From: Promethearchaeota archaeon
GTDB lineage: Archaea > Asgardarchaeota > Lokiarchaeia > Sigyniarchaeales > SOKP01
Assembly: GCA_030603385.1 (NCBI GenBank)
Contig: JAUVXW010000032.1
Location: 1-53,901, forward strand
Direction of reading: 5' to 3'
Length of the DNA: 53,901 nucleotides
Numbering within the stretch: the first letter of the stretch is position 1; each line of letters opens with the position of its first letter. Made by a program: the position numbers and the translations under genes. Positions 1 through 8,598 of the stretch are shown in pieces. Below the pieces are notes generated by a model. The model searched no databases. It was not told the DNA's origin and saw nothing but the letters and a program-made list of their open reading frames with translations.

Positions 1-105
1 CACGCCCAATATGCGACCGTGAAGCGAACGTGGAGAATCAGGGAGGTAAATACGGGAAACCTCGCACGATTTGAAGATAACCTGAAACAAGTAGGAGGAG
101 CCTAA
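1..105 (+). CDS. 3' end of a truncated ORF (HAQYATVKRTWRIREVNTGNLARFEDNLKQVGGA*), possibly a transposase
   Basis: Frame 1 is open from base 1 to TAA at 103-105. Bases 1-135 are ~48% GC against an AT-rich background. Confidence 0.35.
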   Translation, partial: HAQYATVKRTWRIREVNTGNLARFEDNLKQVGGA

Positions 106-135
106 ATGATTTTGTCGAGTGAGTGGGGATCAACA
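1..135 (+). mobile_element. Possible right end of an insertion sequence
   Basis: The GC-rich segment stops abruptly at ...GGGGATCAACA (135), followed by A/T tracts. The other end and catalytic motifs are outside the window. Confidence 0.25.
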
Positions 136-173
136 ATTAAGAAAAAAAAAAGAAATGAATATTTTTTTTGTTC

Positions 174-758
174 TTATTTTTTTCTCCATTTAGTCAGATA
201 GACTATTAAAAGAATTATTCCTATCGGAATACCAAATATAATCAGTATCCACATAAACGTTAAGAACCATGATGCTACCCAATAGGTATACGATCGACTA
301 CCAAATTGCGCATTGTAATTCCCATCCACTGCGATATAAATACAATATGCGATGAACATAAAGAAGCCAAATCCCCCTCCGCCACCCCAAGTTTCTGCTT
401 TTTGTTTTTTGCTCTTCTTTTCTCTGTCTTTAAACTCTTGTTTTTCTTCTTCTGGCAATCTTCGCCACCATAAATAGCCACCTAGTCCAAAGAATAATCC
501 TGATGGAACTCCAACAAATAGAAGCTCCCATAGAATTATAAGTATATAGAATCCAACTACATAATTCAAAGTCCACTCATTAAATGTCCATTTACCTTGT
601 CCACCAAGAGGAGATGTTTCTATAAACCAAATTAATACTAACAGTGCTCCAACAAATACACATATTCCCGCTATAATCATAACAAGCAGTGCTTTCTTAT
701 GCTTTCGAAGCTTCCCTTTCCAAAATGCTTCATCACTTATTTCTTCATTCTCACTCAT
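174..758 (-). CDS. Hypothetical membrane protein (about 4 TM helices)
   Basis: 194 aa ORF; hydrophobic helices separated by a charged loop and a GGGGGFG motif. Confidence 0.8.
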   Translation of the reverse strand: MSENEEISDEAFWKGKLRKHKKALLVMIIAGICVFVGALLVLIWFIETSPLGGQGKWTFNEWTLNYVVGFYILIILWELLFVGVPSGLFFGLGGYLWWRRLPEEEKQEFKDREKKSKKQKAETWGGGGGFGFFMFIAYCIYIAVDGNYNAQFGSRSYTYWVASWFLTFMWILIIFGIPIGIILLIVYLTKWRKK

Positions 759-953
759 TTTAAATACCTTTTATTAGAAATTTTACCATTTAATTAAGGT
801 CTTAAATATTCGATATTTTTTTTAGATTTTAAAAAATAGGAGCCCTTTATTTATAAATGATTTTAGTTTAAATTATAAATTCTAAAGAGAAAAATTAAGA
901 AATATAAAATATTTTTACTTTAAAACTATATTCGAAAATTTGTTTATAAGGAA

Positions 954-2633
954 GTGATTAATATCGCTGTTACTTTTATGAGGAAGTTAGAACTAGAACC
1001 AGATACTTATGATGAGAAATTTACAGTCTTAACAAAGGGGGTTAATGTTGAAGTCAAAGATTGGGTTTTGGAACGGATTGGAACATCCAAATCTATATTG
1101 GAAGTAGGATGTGGGACAGGTGCCCTTGCTGTTAAGATGGCACAAAAAGGAAATGACGTTCTAGCAATAGACAAAAATTTTCAAATGATTAATACTGCCA
1201 TGAAGAACTATCCTTCTGAGAAAGATGTAAAATTAATATATCAAATAGGAACTATCAGAGAATTACCCGCTGTTGAGAAATCTAAAGATATTATTGTTAG
1301 TACATTCATGCTTTCTGAGCTTAGACCTTTTGAACAGCAAATCTTTCTTAGAAGTGCATGGAAAGTATTGAAACCAGGAGGTAAATTAATAGTTGCTGCT
1401 GAATTTATCCCCTCAGGATTTTGGAAAATAATATTTAAAATAAAACGATGGTGGTATAAGAAAAAATTGAGAAGACTTCGATTACCAAGCACTTCACTAG
1501 TGAAATGGTTTTTTAATTATATAGAACCTATAGGATTTAAAATTAGTACTGAAACAAAATGGAAACGGGGATCAATTAGAGCTCTGGAATTAGAAAAAGT
1601 TGGGAATTCAAATGGAGATGAACTAGGATATTATCGCCCACCACAAAGAAAATTTAAGGGGATTCAAGGACAAGTGCAAATATATAAATGTATTTTTACA
1701 GGACAAGCTGATCATATTCCTATTGAACCAGGAATTTATCAATCAGGAAAACCAGATGAAAAATCACCAATTATCGTAACAGCGAATTACATTTATACCT
1801 ATATTAAAGTCATGAGATCTCTTAAAGGAATAGATGCCTGGGTATTATGTGTAGATTCAAGAGGAATAAATGTTTGGTGTGCTGCACGAGGGGATGATTT
1901 TGGCAACAAACAACTCATTGAGGCAGTTGAAGCAACCGGAATCGACAAAATAACAAACAGAAAAACATTGATCCTCCCACAACTTTCAGCTGGGGGTGTC
2001 GCAGCTCCACTGATCTCCAGTGAATCACCTGATTTCCCATTCAATATACTCTATGGTCCCGTGTGGGCTAAATATTTACCCAAATACTTAAAAGAACGTC
2101 CTGCGAAAAAACCGGATAAATGGAAGCTGGCAAGATTTACCAGTTCTCATCGATTAAGAGCATTTATAACACATACGACATTTTTACTACGTAAAATTTT
2201 CCTCTGGCCAACAGTCATTTTGCTTCTGCTCCTTTTAGGCCTAAGTTTTATTAATACCTTTTGGATTGGTAAATTTTGGAGAGTAGGGGAGATTTGGCTT
2301 TGGATTGCCCTTGCTAATTTTTTAATAGCATCCCTATTCCCCCTTACGAATTTTACACGGAAGTTTCTTTTTAAAGGAATTTTCTTTGGGATTTTAAATT
2401 TGTTATTTCTTGGTGGAATAACTTGGGTACTCCATCATTCACTACTATTAATTATATGGAACTCGTGTTTCTATTTTTGGCTTGCATTCTTCTCAACCAT
2501 GAGTTTTAGCGGTTATTCAATGACTACTAGCCCCGCCGAGATCCAACAGGAATATCCAATTTTCAGGAAAATTCATCTTCCATTGTTATTCATTGGCTTA
2601 ATTACAGTTACTTTCGGATTTATCTTCTTCTAA
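954..2633 (+). CDS. hgcA: Fusion: class I SAM-dependent methyltransferase + HgcA-like corrinoid membrane protein
   Basis: The N-terminal part has ILEVGCGTG (SAM motif I) and LKPGGKL. The centre has EPGIY..G.P...SPIIVTANY, GINVWCAARG (cap helix), LILPQL and YGPV. C-terminal TM helices carry MSFSGYSMTTSPAEIQQE, resembling the HgcA NFTG.T.YTS.SGV..E motif. An HgcB-like gene lies downstream. Confidence 0.85.
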   Translation: MINIAVTFMRKLELEPDTYDEKFTVLTKGVNVEVKDWVLERIGTSKSILEVGCGTGALAVKMAQKGNDVLAIDKNFQMINTAMKNYPSEKDVKLIYQIGTIRELPAVEKSKDIIVSTFMLSELRPFEQQIFLRSAWKVLKPGGKLIVAAEFIPSGFWKIIFKIKRWWYKKKLRRLRLPSTSLVKWFFNYIEPIGFKISTETKWKRGSIRALELEKVGNSNGDELGYYRPPQRKFKGIQGQVQIYKCIFTGQADHIPIEPGIYQSGKPDEKSPIIVTANYIYTYIKVMRSLKGIDAWVLCVDSRGINVWCAARGDDFGNKQLIEAVEATGIDKITNRKTLILPQLSAGGVAAPLISSESPDFPFNILYGPVWAKYLPKYLKERPAKKPDKWKLARFTSSHRLRAFITHTTFLLRKIFLWPTVILLLLLLGLSFINTFWIGKFWRVGEIWLWIALANFLIASLFPLTNFTRKFLFKGIFFGILNLLFLGGITWVLHHSLLLIIWNSCFYFWLAFFSTMSFSGYSMTTSPAEIQQEYPIFRKIHLPLLFIGLITVTFGFIFF

Positions 2634-2697
2634 ATTATAAAATAGTAACATAAATATGATAAAATATATTATTTAATCAAAGCGTTAAAAAAAGGAT

Positions 2698-3003
2698 GTG
2701 TTTAAAATAGCCCTAAAACCATCTTCAATTAAAATATCAATAACTCTTCCAAAAATATCAATTGATCCAGATCTATGCACTGGTTGTGGAATCTGTGCAG
2801 AAATTTGCCCTTTTGGGATCCCTCAACAAAATAATAATGGGAAATTTGTAATTTATGAACCCGAAAGATGCACTGAGTGTAGTGCATGTAAAAGAAATTG
2901 CCCTGCAATGGCGATTCTCCTACAAGAGCGTAAAGGGTGCGGTTGTTTATGGGATGCTCGAGCTCGATCTAAAAATCCTCAGAGTAATAGTTGTTGTGGA
3001 TAA
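2698..3003 (+). CDS. hgcB: HgcB-like 2[4Fe-4S] ferredoxin
   Basis: CTGCGICAEICP and CTECSACKRNCP (cf. HgcB CMECGAC..NCP), then GCGC and C-terminal SCCG (vicinal Cys pair). Starts 64 bp after the hgcA-like gene. Confidence 0.85.
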   Translation: MFKIALKPSSIKISITLPKISIDPDLCTGCGICAEICPFGIPQQNNNGKFVIYEPERCTECSACKRNCPAMAILLQERKGCGCLWDARARSKNPQSNSCCG

Positions 3004-3014
3004 GAAACCGGTTT

Positions 3015-3860
3015 TTAATAATAGCTTCTTTTCTTTTTTTCTTCAAGATAACTTTTTTTGATTAAATGATCCATTTCTGCGTTTAACCAACATAATTCAT
3101 CATAACTACATGATGAATGAAACACTTCCTCTGCTTTTCTCTTAATATCTTCAATAGATGGCATTTCTAGGCTCATCTTTTGAATTCTCTCGCTTAAAAT
3201 CCAGCAGAGTTCGTCATACGTGTAACCTTTTTGAGATAAGTAGTATGCATCTTCTCTTATTTGAGTTTTAAAGTCTGCTTCTTCTACTTCTTCTATAACT
3301 TCTTCTTTTGGTGTAATTTCTTCGACTGGAGCTGTATCCTTAGGTTCTTCTTCAGTAGGGACTTTTTCAAGTCTAACAAATTTGACAGCTTTGGTGACTT
3401 TTTCCTCCATTTGTTTTGACTTGAATTTTCTATGTTCTTTGATCTGTTGAAGCCATTCTACTATCCTTGTCTCGACTTTAATTTCTCGTTCTTCGGGAGT
3501 TCCATCAAGTCTAATAGATTTGATGCTTTCAGGACGTACCTCAAATACAAATTCTGGTCTTCTTTCAATTGTTTCACCAGGAATTAAACCTTTTTCTAGA
3601 TTATGCATCATCGCTAAAAATGAACCATATTCTCTTTTTTCTTTCATGATGAGTATTTTTGTAGATCCACCACGTTCTTTATCTAATTTTCGTGCAATAT
3701 CAGCAGTGATATCTTTTTTTTCTTGGTGAACTTTCAGTCCAACCCAAATATATATTGTATTTTTCTCTTCATCATCCACAAGATTAACATCAATTTCCTC
3801 GAAGGATAACTTATCTAATTTGATTAATTCTCCCTTTTCACTAATTTTATATAATCGCAT
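3015..3860 (-). CDS. Gelsolin-domain protein with C-terminal duplicated YDELCW motif
   Basis: DVNLVD...IYIWVG...A..L..ERGG...E.RE...F matches a gelsolin repeat. An acidic linker is followed by two ...YDELCW..(S/A)E repeats. Confidence 0.75.
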   Translation of the reverse strand: MRLYKISEKGELIKLDKLSFEEIDVNLVDDEEKNTIYIWVGLKVHQEKKDITADIARKLDKERGGSTKILIMKEKREYGSFLAMMHNLEKGLIPGETIERRPEFVFEVRPESIKSIRLDGTPEEREIKVETRIVEWLQQIKEHRKFKSKQMEEKVTKAVKFVRLEKVPTEEEPKDTAPVEEITPKEEVIEEVEEADFKTQIREDAYYLSQKGYTYDELCWILSERIQKMSLEMPSIEDIKRKAEEVFHSSCSYDELCWLNAEMDHLIKKSYLEEKKKRSYY

Positions 3861-4023
3861 TTAACTCACTCAAAAGAATAATCTAATAATATAGAAATAA
3901 ATACAATTTTAGTTTAAAAATCTTTTTTACCCACATAAGTTTTTGGTTTACTTAAGTTTTTTAATAAGTTCTCTATTATGTTTTTAAGAAATAAATACAA
4001 GAAACAAACAAAATTTTTGAAAG

Positions 4024-4593
4024 TTGAGTAATGAAATGGCTGATACAAAAGACCCTACTCTCATAGAATATGAAAATTTAATTGAACAATTGATGCAAGA
4101 GAATGAGACTTTAAAAAAACGAATTTATGATTTAGAAAAAGAAAATTCATTGATAAAGGGAAAGATATCTAAAATAGAAGAAAAACCTTCTGAATTCAAA
4201 GAAAAAAGTCTTGCAAAAGAAACCATTACACCTACTCCTATTACATCAACTCCAGTTATAGCTGAAAAAGAAGATAAAAAAACTATTAAATTATTCAAAA
4301 AATCAAAAAAGGCAGATGTGTTAGAACCATGGGAAGCACCTGAACCTTTAAAAGAACCAGAATTAGAGATCTTATCTGATTTAGAAACACCTGTTCCAAC
4401 CATAAGTAGCTCAAATAAGCCGATTGTTGAGGGGTATTCACGACGTCAGTGCCCTCACTGTGATAATAACCGACATATGTTCATTTATGAAGAAATTGAT
4501 AAATCAAATATAATTATGGCTTATCCCCGCATGTATGGAAAGAAATATAAGTGTGGTATTTGCGGAACTCAATGGAAAGTAGCAAGTGAGTAA
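4024..4593 (+). CDS. Coiled-coil protein with C-terminal zinc ribbon
   Basis: N-terminal heptad pattern; RRQCPHC...YPRMYGKKYKCGICGTQW. Confidence 0.75.
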   Translation: MSNEMADTKDPTLIEYENLIEQLMQENETLKKRIYDLEKENSLIKGKISKIEEKPSEFKEKSLAKETITPTPITSTPVIAEKEDKKTIKLFKKSKKADVLEPWEAPEPLKEPELEILSDLETPVPTISSSNKPIVEGYSRRQCPHCDNNRHMFIYEEIDKSNIIMAYPRMYGKKYKCGICGTQWKVASE

Positions 4594-4598
4594 CCATC

Positions 4599-4669
4599 TC
4601 AAACCTTTTATTAATTTAATGCAAATGAGTGAGTTTTTCAAATCTTTTATTAATTTAATGGAAAAACTC
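4599..4669. repeat. 27-bp direct repeat (period 39) plus inverted repeat
   Basis: TCAAA(C/T)CTTTTATTAATTTAATG(C/G)AAA at 4599-4625 and 4638-4664; GAGTTTTTC (4631-4639) / GAAAAACTC (4661-4669). Confidence 0.6.
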
Positions 4670-4794
4670 TTTATTCCAAAGCTTGAATAATTTTATATAC
4701 AGATATTTCTGTAAACATGTTCGAGTTTAGTTTTAAATAGAAATTTTCCTTTTAAAAGTTAGTAAGCATTTTATTTCAATAAGATGAGAAAATT

Positions 4795-5121
4795 ATGAGT
4801 GAAAAAGTAGATTTAGCACATGTGTTTGATTTAGCAAAAATGTTAGATTATCAAGAAGGCTCAGTTGTTAGTAGAACTATAATTAATAAGGAAGTAGGTA
4901 CGGTTACATTATTTTCCTTTGATAAAGATGAAGGATTAAGTGAACATACTACACCTTTTGATGCCCTTGTATATGTTTTTGATGGAGAAGTTGAAATTTC
5001 AATTTCAAAAAAACCACATATAGTTAAAAAAGGACAGATGATAATCATGCCTGCGCATGAGCCGCATGCATTAAAAGCATTGAATCAGTTTAAAATGATG
5101 TTGGTAATGATAAAAGCCTAA
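4795..5121 (+). CDS. Cupin domain protein
   Basis: LSEHTTPFDA.VYVFDGEVEI and MPAHEPHALKA cupin motifs. Confidence 0.9.
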   Translation: MSEKVDLAHVFDLAKMLDYQEGSVVSRTIINKEVGTVTLFSFDKDEGLSEHTTPFDALVYVFDGEVEISISKKPHIVKKGQMIIMPAHEPHALKALNQFKMMLVMIKA

Positions 5122-5224
5122 ATAATTATGATATATAATATATCAAAAATTAAACCATAAAATTACCGACAGTTATTATTTTTTTTAGTTTTATTCCGCT
5201 ATTTTAATGTAAAGAGGATTTTCC

Positions 5225-6448
5225 TTACTGAATTGTACGTTTTGCTAATATATACAATAAAGACAATATAAAAACAAATAGCAAAGATATTCCGAGTATA
5301 GAAAGATATATTCCCGTTATCCCAAACATCTCTGATATTGGAGCTAATGTAGTAGGGACTAAAGCAATCCCTATAAAATATCCCGCGGTGAGCAAACCTG
5401 CTAAGGCACCCCGTCTTTCTGGTGAGAGTACTTGACTATAATAAGTTATAGCAGGAAAAAGAATCCCTCCTGCGAGACCTGCAATTATCCACCCTATAGC
5501 TAAGACAATAAATACTTCTTTTTGAGTAATATCTCCAACTAGCAGTAAAATCGCTAATGAAACGAATAATAAAACAGAACCAAAAACTAGTGGAATCCCG
5601 ATACCTTTTTTCTTAATCATGGTACCTGTTAAAGCACCAGTTATAGCCGCACCTATTCCCGCTATTCCAAGTACTAATCCAACTAAAGTTTCATCTATTA
5701 CATCTGAAAGTTTACTCGAAGTCCAAATATTTATTGCTAAATATGTATGTGAAAGTAATAATGCTGAGAATACCATTAAAATTATAACTGAACGTCTTAA
5801 TTCGATTGAAAGCTGCGATAGCAAAATCTTTATCCCTGATTCCTTCTGAACTTTCTGAGGAGGTCTAGTAGATAAAATAAAATAAATCAATCCAAATGCA
5901 CTGATTACTACAAATAATATGTAAATCGACCGCCATCTAATTAATATCATTTGAGATGCAATCAAAGGGCCTAATCCAACTCCTAGATTAGCACTGGCAC
6001 CAAGAAATCCCATCTTTTTTGGGATATTTTGTGGAGAACTTATGTCTGTCATTAAAGCAATCAGCACGGGATTAATAAAGCCAAACCCTATTCCCCCTAG
6101 AATATTTGCAATCACATATATTTCTAAAGAGAAAGAAAAGGCAGCTATTAACATCGCAACACCAAATAAGATTAAACCAATAATTAATACTGGAAATCTT
6201 CCTTTTATATCTGAAATTACCCCAGAAAAGAGCTGAGTAATTGCAAAAGGAAACATAAAAGCGGGAATTGTAACTAGTATGGCACCAGGGGATACACTAA
6301 ATTCTGTAGAAAGTGTATGAAATAAGACCATAATAACATTTCCAGTTAAAGGACCAAAAAAGAAAAGCATATAAATTATGAATTCTAAAAATTTTGAATA
6401 GGGTTGGTGATCAGTCCTAGTGTTCTCATTATCAGAAAATGAAGACAT
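5225..6448 (-). CDS. MFS transporter
   Basis: About 12 TM helices; motif A-like SGVISDIKGRFP. Confidence 0.9.
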   Translation of the reverse strand: MSSFSDNENTRTDHQPYSKFLEFIIYMLFFFGPLTGNVIMVLFHTLSTEFSVSPGAILVTIPAFMFPFAITQLFSGVISDIKGRFPVLIIGLILFGVAMLIAAFSFSLEIYVIANILGGIGFGFINPVLIALMTDISSPQNIPKKMGFLGASANLGVGLGPLIASQMILIRWRSIYILFVVISAFGLIYFILSTRPPQKVQKESGIKILLSQLSIELRRSVIILMVFSALLLSHTYLAINIWTSSKLSDVIDETLVGLVLGIAGIGAAITGALTGTMIKKKGIGIPLVFGSVLLFVSLAILLLVGDITQKEVFIVLAIGWIIAGLAGGILFPAITYYSQVLSPERRGALAGLLTAGYFIGIALVPTTLAPISEMFGITGIYLSILGISLLFVFILSLLYILAKRTIQ

Positions 6449-6680
6449 GTTTTTACTATTACTTTCTACTATTTAAAGTATAGTCTTATATTTTTATATG
6501 AAGAAAATTTACGCAGTGCTATTAGAAGATGGTCAAATTCATAAAATATAATTCGGGAGAGCCTCTTTTACTTCTAACTCATAAAAGAATACAACTAATC
6601 TAATTATTTTAACTATATAATGTGAATGTTAAAATAGAATAATTGAATAATTTATTCAAAAATATTATTTATGATTTAAA

Positions 6681-7265
6681 ATGACGAAAAATAAAATTCG
6701 ACCCGGAGTATATTTATATCCCATGCCTGTTTCACTTATCGGAACAAATGTGAAAGGAAAACCAACGTTCATGGCTTTAGCGTGGATAAATGTTGTTGAA
6801 TATAAACCACCGTTAATTGCTATTTCTTCATATGAAACTCATTACACGAACATTGGTATAAAAGAGAATCAAACTTTTAGTGTAAATATCCCTTCTGAAG
6901 GGATGGTAGAAGTTGCGGATTATGTTGGTATAGTGTCAGGTAAGGAAGTAGATAAATCAGAAGTTTTTGAAGTTTTTTATGGAGATTTGAAAACTGCCCC
7001 TATGATAACTCACGCTCCAGTAAATCTTGAGTGTAAGGTTGTAAAAACTATCGACACCAAGGAATTTTCTGAAGCAGAAAAAGGTCATGAAATTTTTATA
7101 GGGAAGGTAATTAGTGCTTACGCCGATGAGTATTATCTTACAAATAAAATACCAGATATAACTAAATTGAAACCTTTCGTATTTTCAATTGATAATAAAT
7201 ATTGGAAAATAGGAGAATTTCTTGGAGACGCTTTTAGCATAGGAAAAACATATAAAAAAGAATAA
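6681..7265 (+). CDS. Flavin reductase-like (flavoredoxin family) protein
   Basis: YPMPVSLIG, FSVNIP, ADYVGIVSG, APMI..APVNLEC, HEIFIGKV. Confidence 0.9.
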   Translation: MTKNKIRPGVYLYPMPVSLIGTNVKGKPTFMALAWINVVEYKPPLIAISSYETHYTNIGIKENQTFSVNIPSEGMVEVADYVGIVSGKEVDKSEVFEVFYGDLKTAPMITHAPVNLECKVVKTIDTKEFSEAEKGHEIFIGKVISAYADEYYLTNKIPDITKLKPFVFSIDNKYWKIGEFLGDAFSIGKTYKKE

Positions 7266-7600
7266 ATATATCCATTTTTTATCTTTTTATTGAAAAAATA
7301 TATCCATTTTTCCTGATTAATCTTTAATAATTATTTTTCATAATATACTCTATGACAGAAGTAGATTTTTATGATGCTGCGATAAATAGATATTTTTTTC
7401 TTCCTCGTACCTTCAATTAAAAATATCATTTTTTCTAGTTTTACAACACAAAATAAAATAAAATAAAAAAAAAGAGAATATGTAAGATTTAAAATAATCG
7501 AGAGAAGAAGTTCAGAACATCCTTACTATATATTTTTTATCTTGCAAAATTCCTTATTCTTAAAACTTTTACTAACCTTTTTTACTAATAAATTAATTTA

Positions 7601-7855
7601 TTAATAAAATGATTTTCGGCCGTGTGAGCTCAATCGTGGTCCTTTTTGAGTTATCTTTACATCACTGGCTTGGGGACCCTTCTTTCCCTCTGTGATTTCA
7701 TATTCGACAATGTCTCCTTCATAAATAATCTTAAATTCCTCACTCTCTCCTTGAATTTCGGAATAATGAACGAATACATCTGGAGATCCATCATCGGGGG
7801 TAATGAACCCATAGCCTTTCTTACTATTAAACCATTTTACAGTTCCTTTTCCCAT
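7601..7855 (-). CDS. Cold shock domain protein
   Basis: [14 protein letters not shown] (RNP1), DVFVHYS (RNP2), GKKGPQA. Confidence 0.95.
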   Translation of the reverse strand: MGKGTVKWFNSKKGYGFITPDDGSPDVFVHYSEIQGESEEFKIIYEGDIVEYEITEGKKGPQASDVKITQKGPRLSSHGRKSFY

Positions 7856-7882
7856 TGATAAAACCTTGACGCTTTCATAGAA

Positions 7883-7910
7883 ATTAGTACACTTTTAAAA
7901 ATGTACCAAT
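7883..7910 (-). promoter_or_regulatory. Hairpin/palindrome upstream of the cold shock gene
   Basis: Minus strand AUUGGUACAUUUUUAAAAGUGUACUAAU folds with two G.U pairs, ~28 nt before the start codon. Confidence 0.4.
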
Positions 7911-8031
7911 CAAGATTTTTAAGTATTCCATCGTAATATAGTTTTCTAAAAATGAATTGTAAAAAGTAATAAACTAATGCAATCAAAGCAAACGTCTTAA
8001 TTGCTTATTCCAAAATCAGATATAAGGTTTA

Positions 8032-8421
8032 CTATTGAGAATAGAGCATAAACCATTCGAACACTAATGGAAGATTTTCAATTATTCGGTATTTAATATC
8101 TTTATGTAAAACCACGATGAAAATTTCCTTAAGTACTCTTACTTTTTGATAAATTGATTCGTCTGTTATTTCCTTTAGATTGTTTTTTTCATCTAAATCG
8201 ATATAGAAGATTAAATAATCATTTATATTAGCATATTCTGCGCCCCAATAATATTCGATCTCTTCTTGTAGTAGTGAAATGAATTTAGGTAGAGTTTCTT
8301 CAAGGGAAATCCATCCATCTATTGCTACATCCTCATCTTTGAATAAAACAAAAAAATTTGCGGTAGCTTCTGAGGGTTGAATATTTTGCATTAATTTCTT
8401 AAAATCTGGTATTTCTAACAA
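8032..8421 (-). CDS. Hypothetical protein
   Basis: 129 aa ORF, no recognised motif. Confidence 0.65.
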   Translation of the reverse strand: MLEIPDFKKLMQNIQPSEATANFFVLFKDEDVAIDGWISLEETLPKFISLLQEEIEYYWGAEYANINDYLIFYIDLDEKNNLKEITDESIYQKVRVLKEIFIVVLHKDIKYRIIENLPLVFEWFMLYSQ

Positions 8422-8598
8422 AAATCTAGTTTAAATTTTTAGTTATATCTATTTTAGCACACACTTAATAGAAATAAGTTGGTATTATTTGTATATAAAT
8501 AAATAAATAAAAAGTTATAATTACAATCTATAAGATACTTAAGCATCTATAAGTATTATTTCAATATTGACTCAAGACAAATCTACTAATTTAAAAAG

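Noticed and set aside
759-953. Metal-responsive operator upstream of the hgcA-like gene (AAATATTCGATATTT)
   Set aside because: A short palindrome in extremely AT-rich DNA is expected by chance; no regulator is adjacent.
954-2633. Ordinary CdhD/CdhE (CFeSP) subunit of the Wood-Ljungdahl pathway
   Set aside because: The NVWCA Cys, the TM domain and the adjacent CC-tailed ferredoxin fit HgcA/HgcB; no other cdh genes are present.
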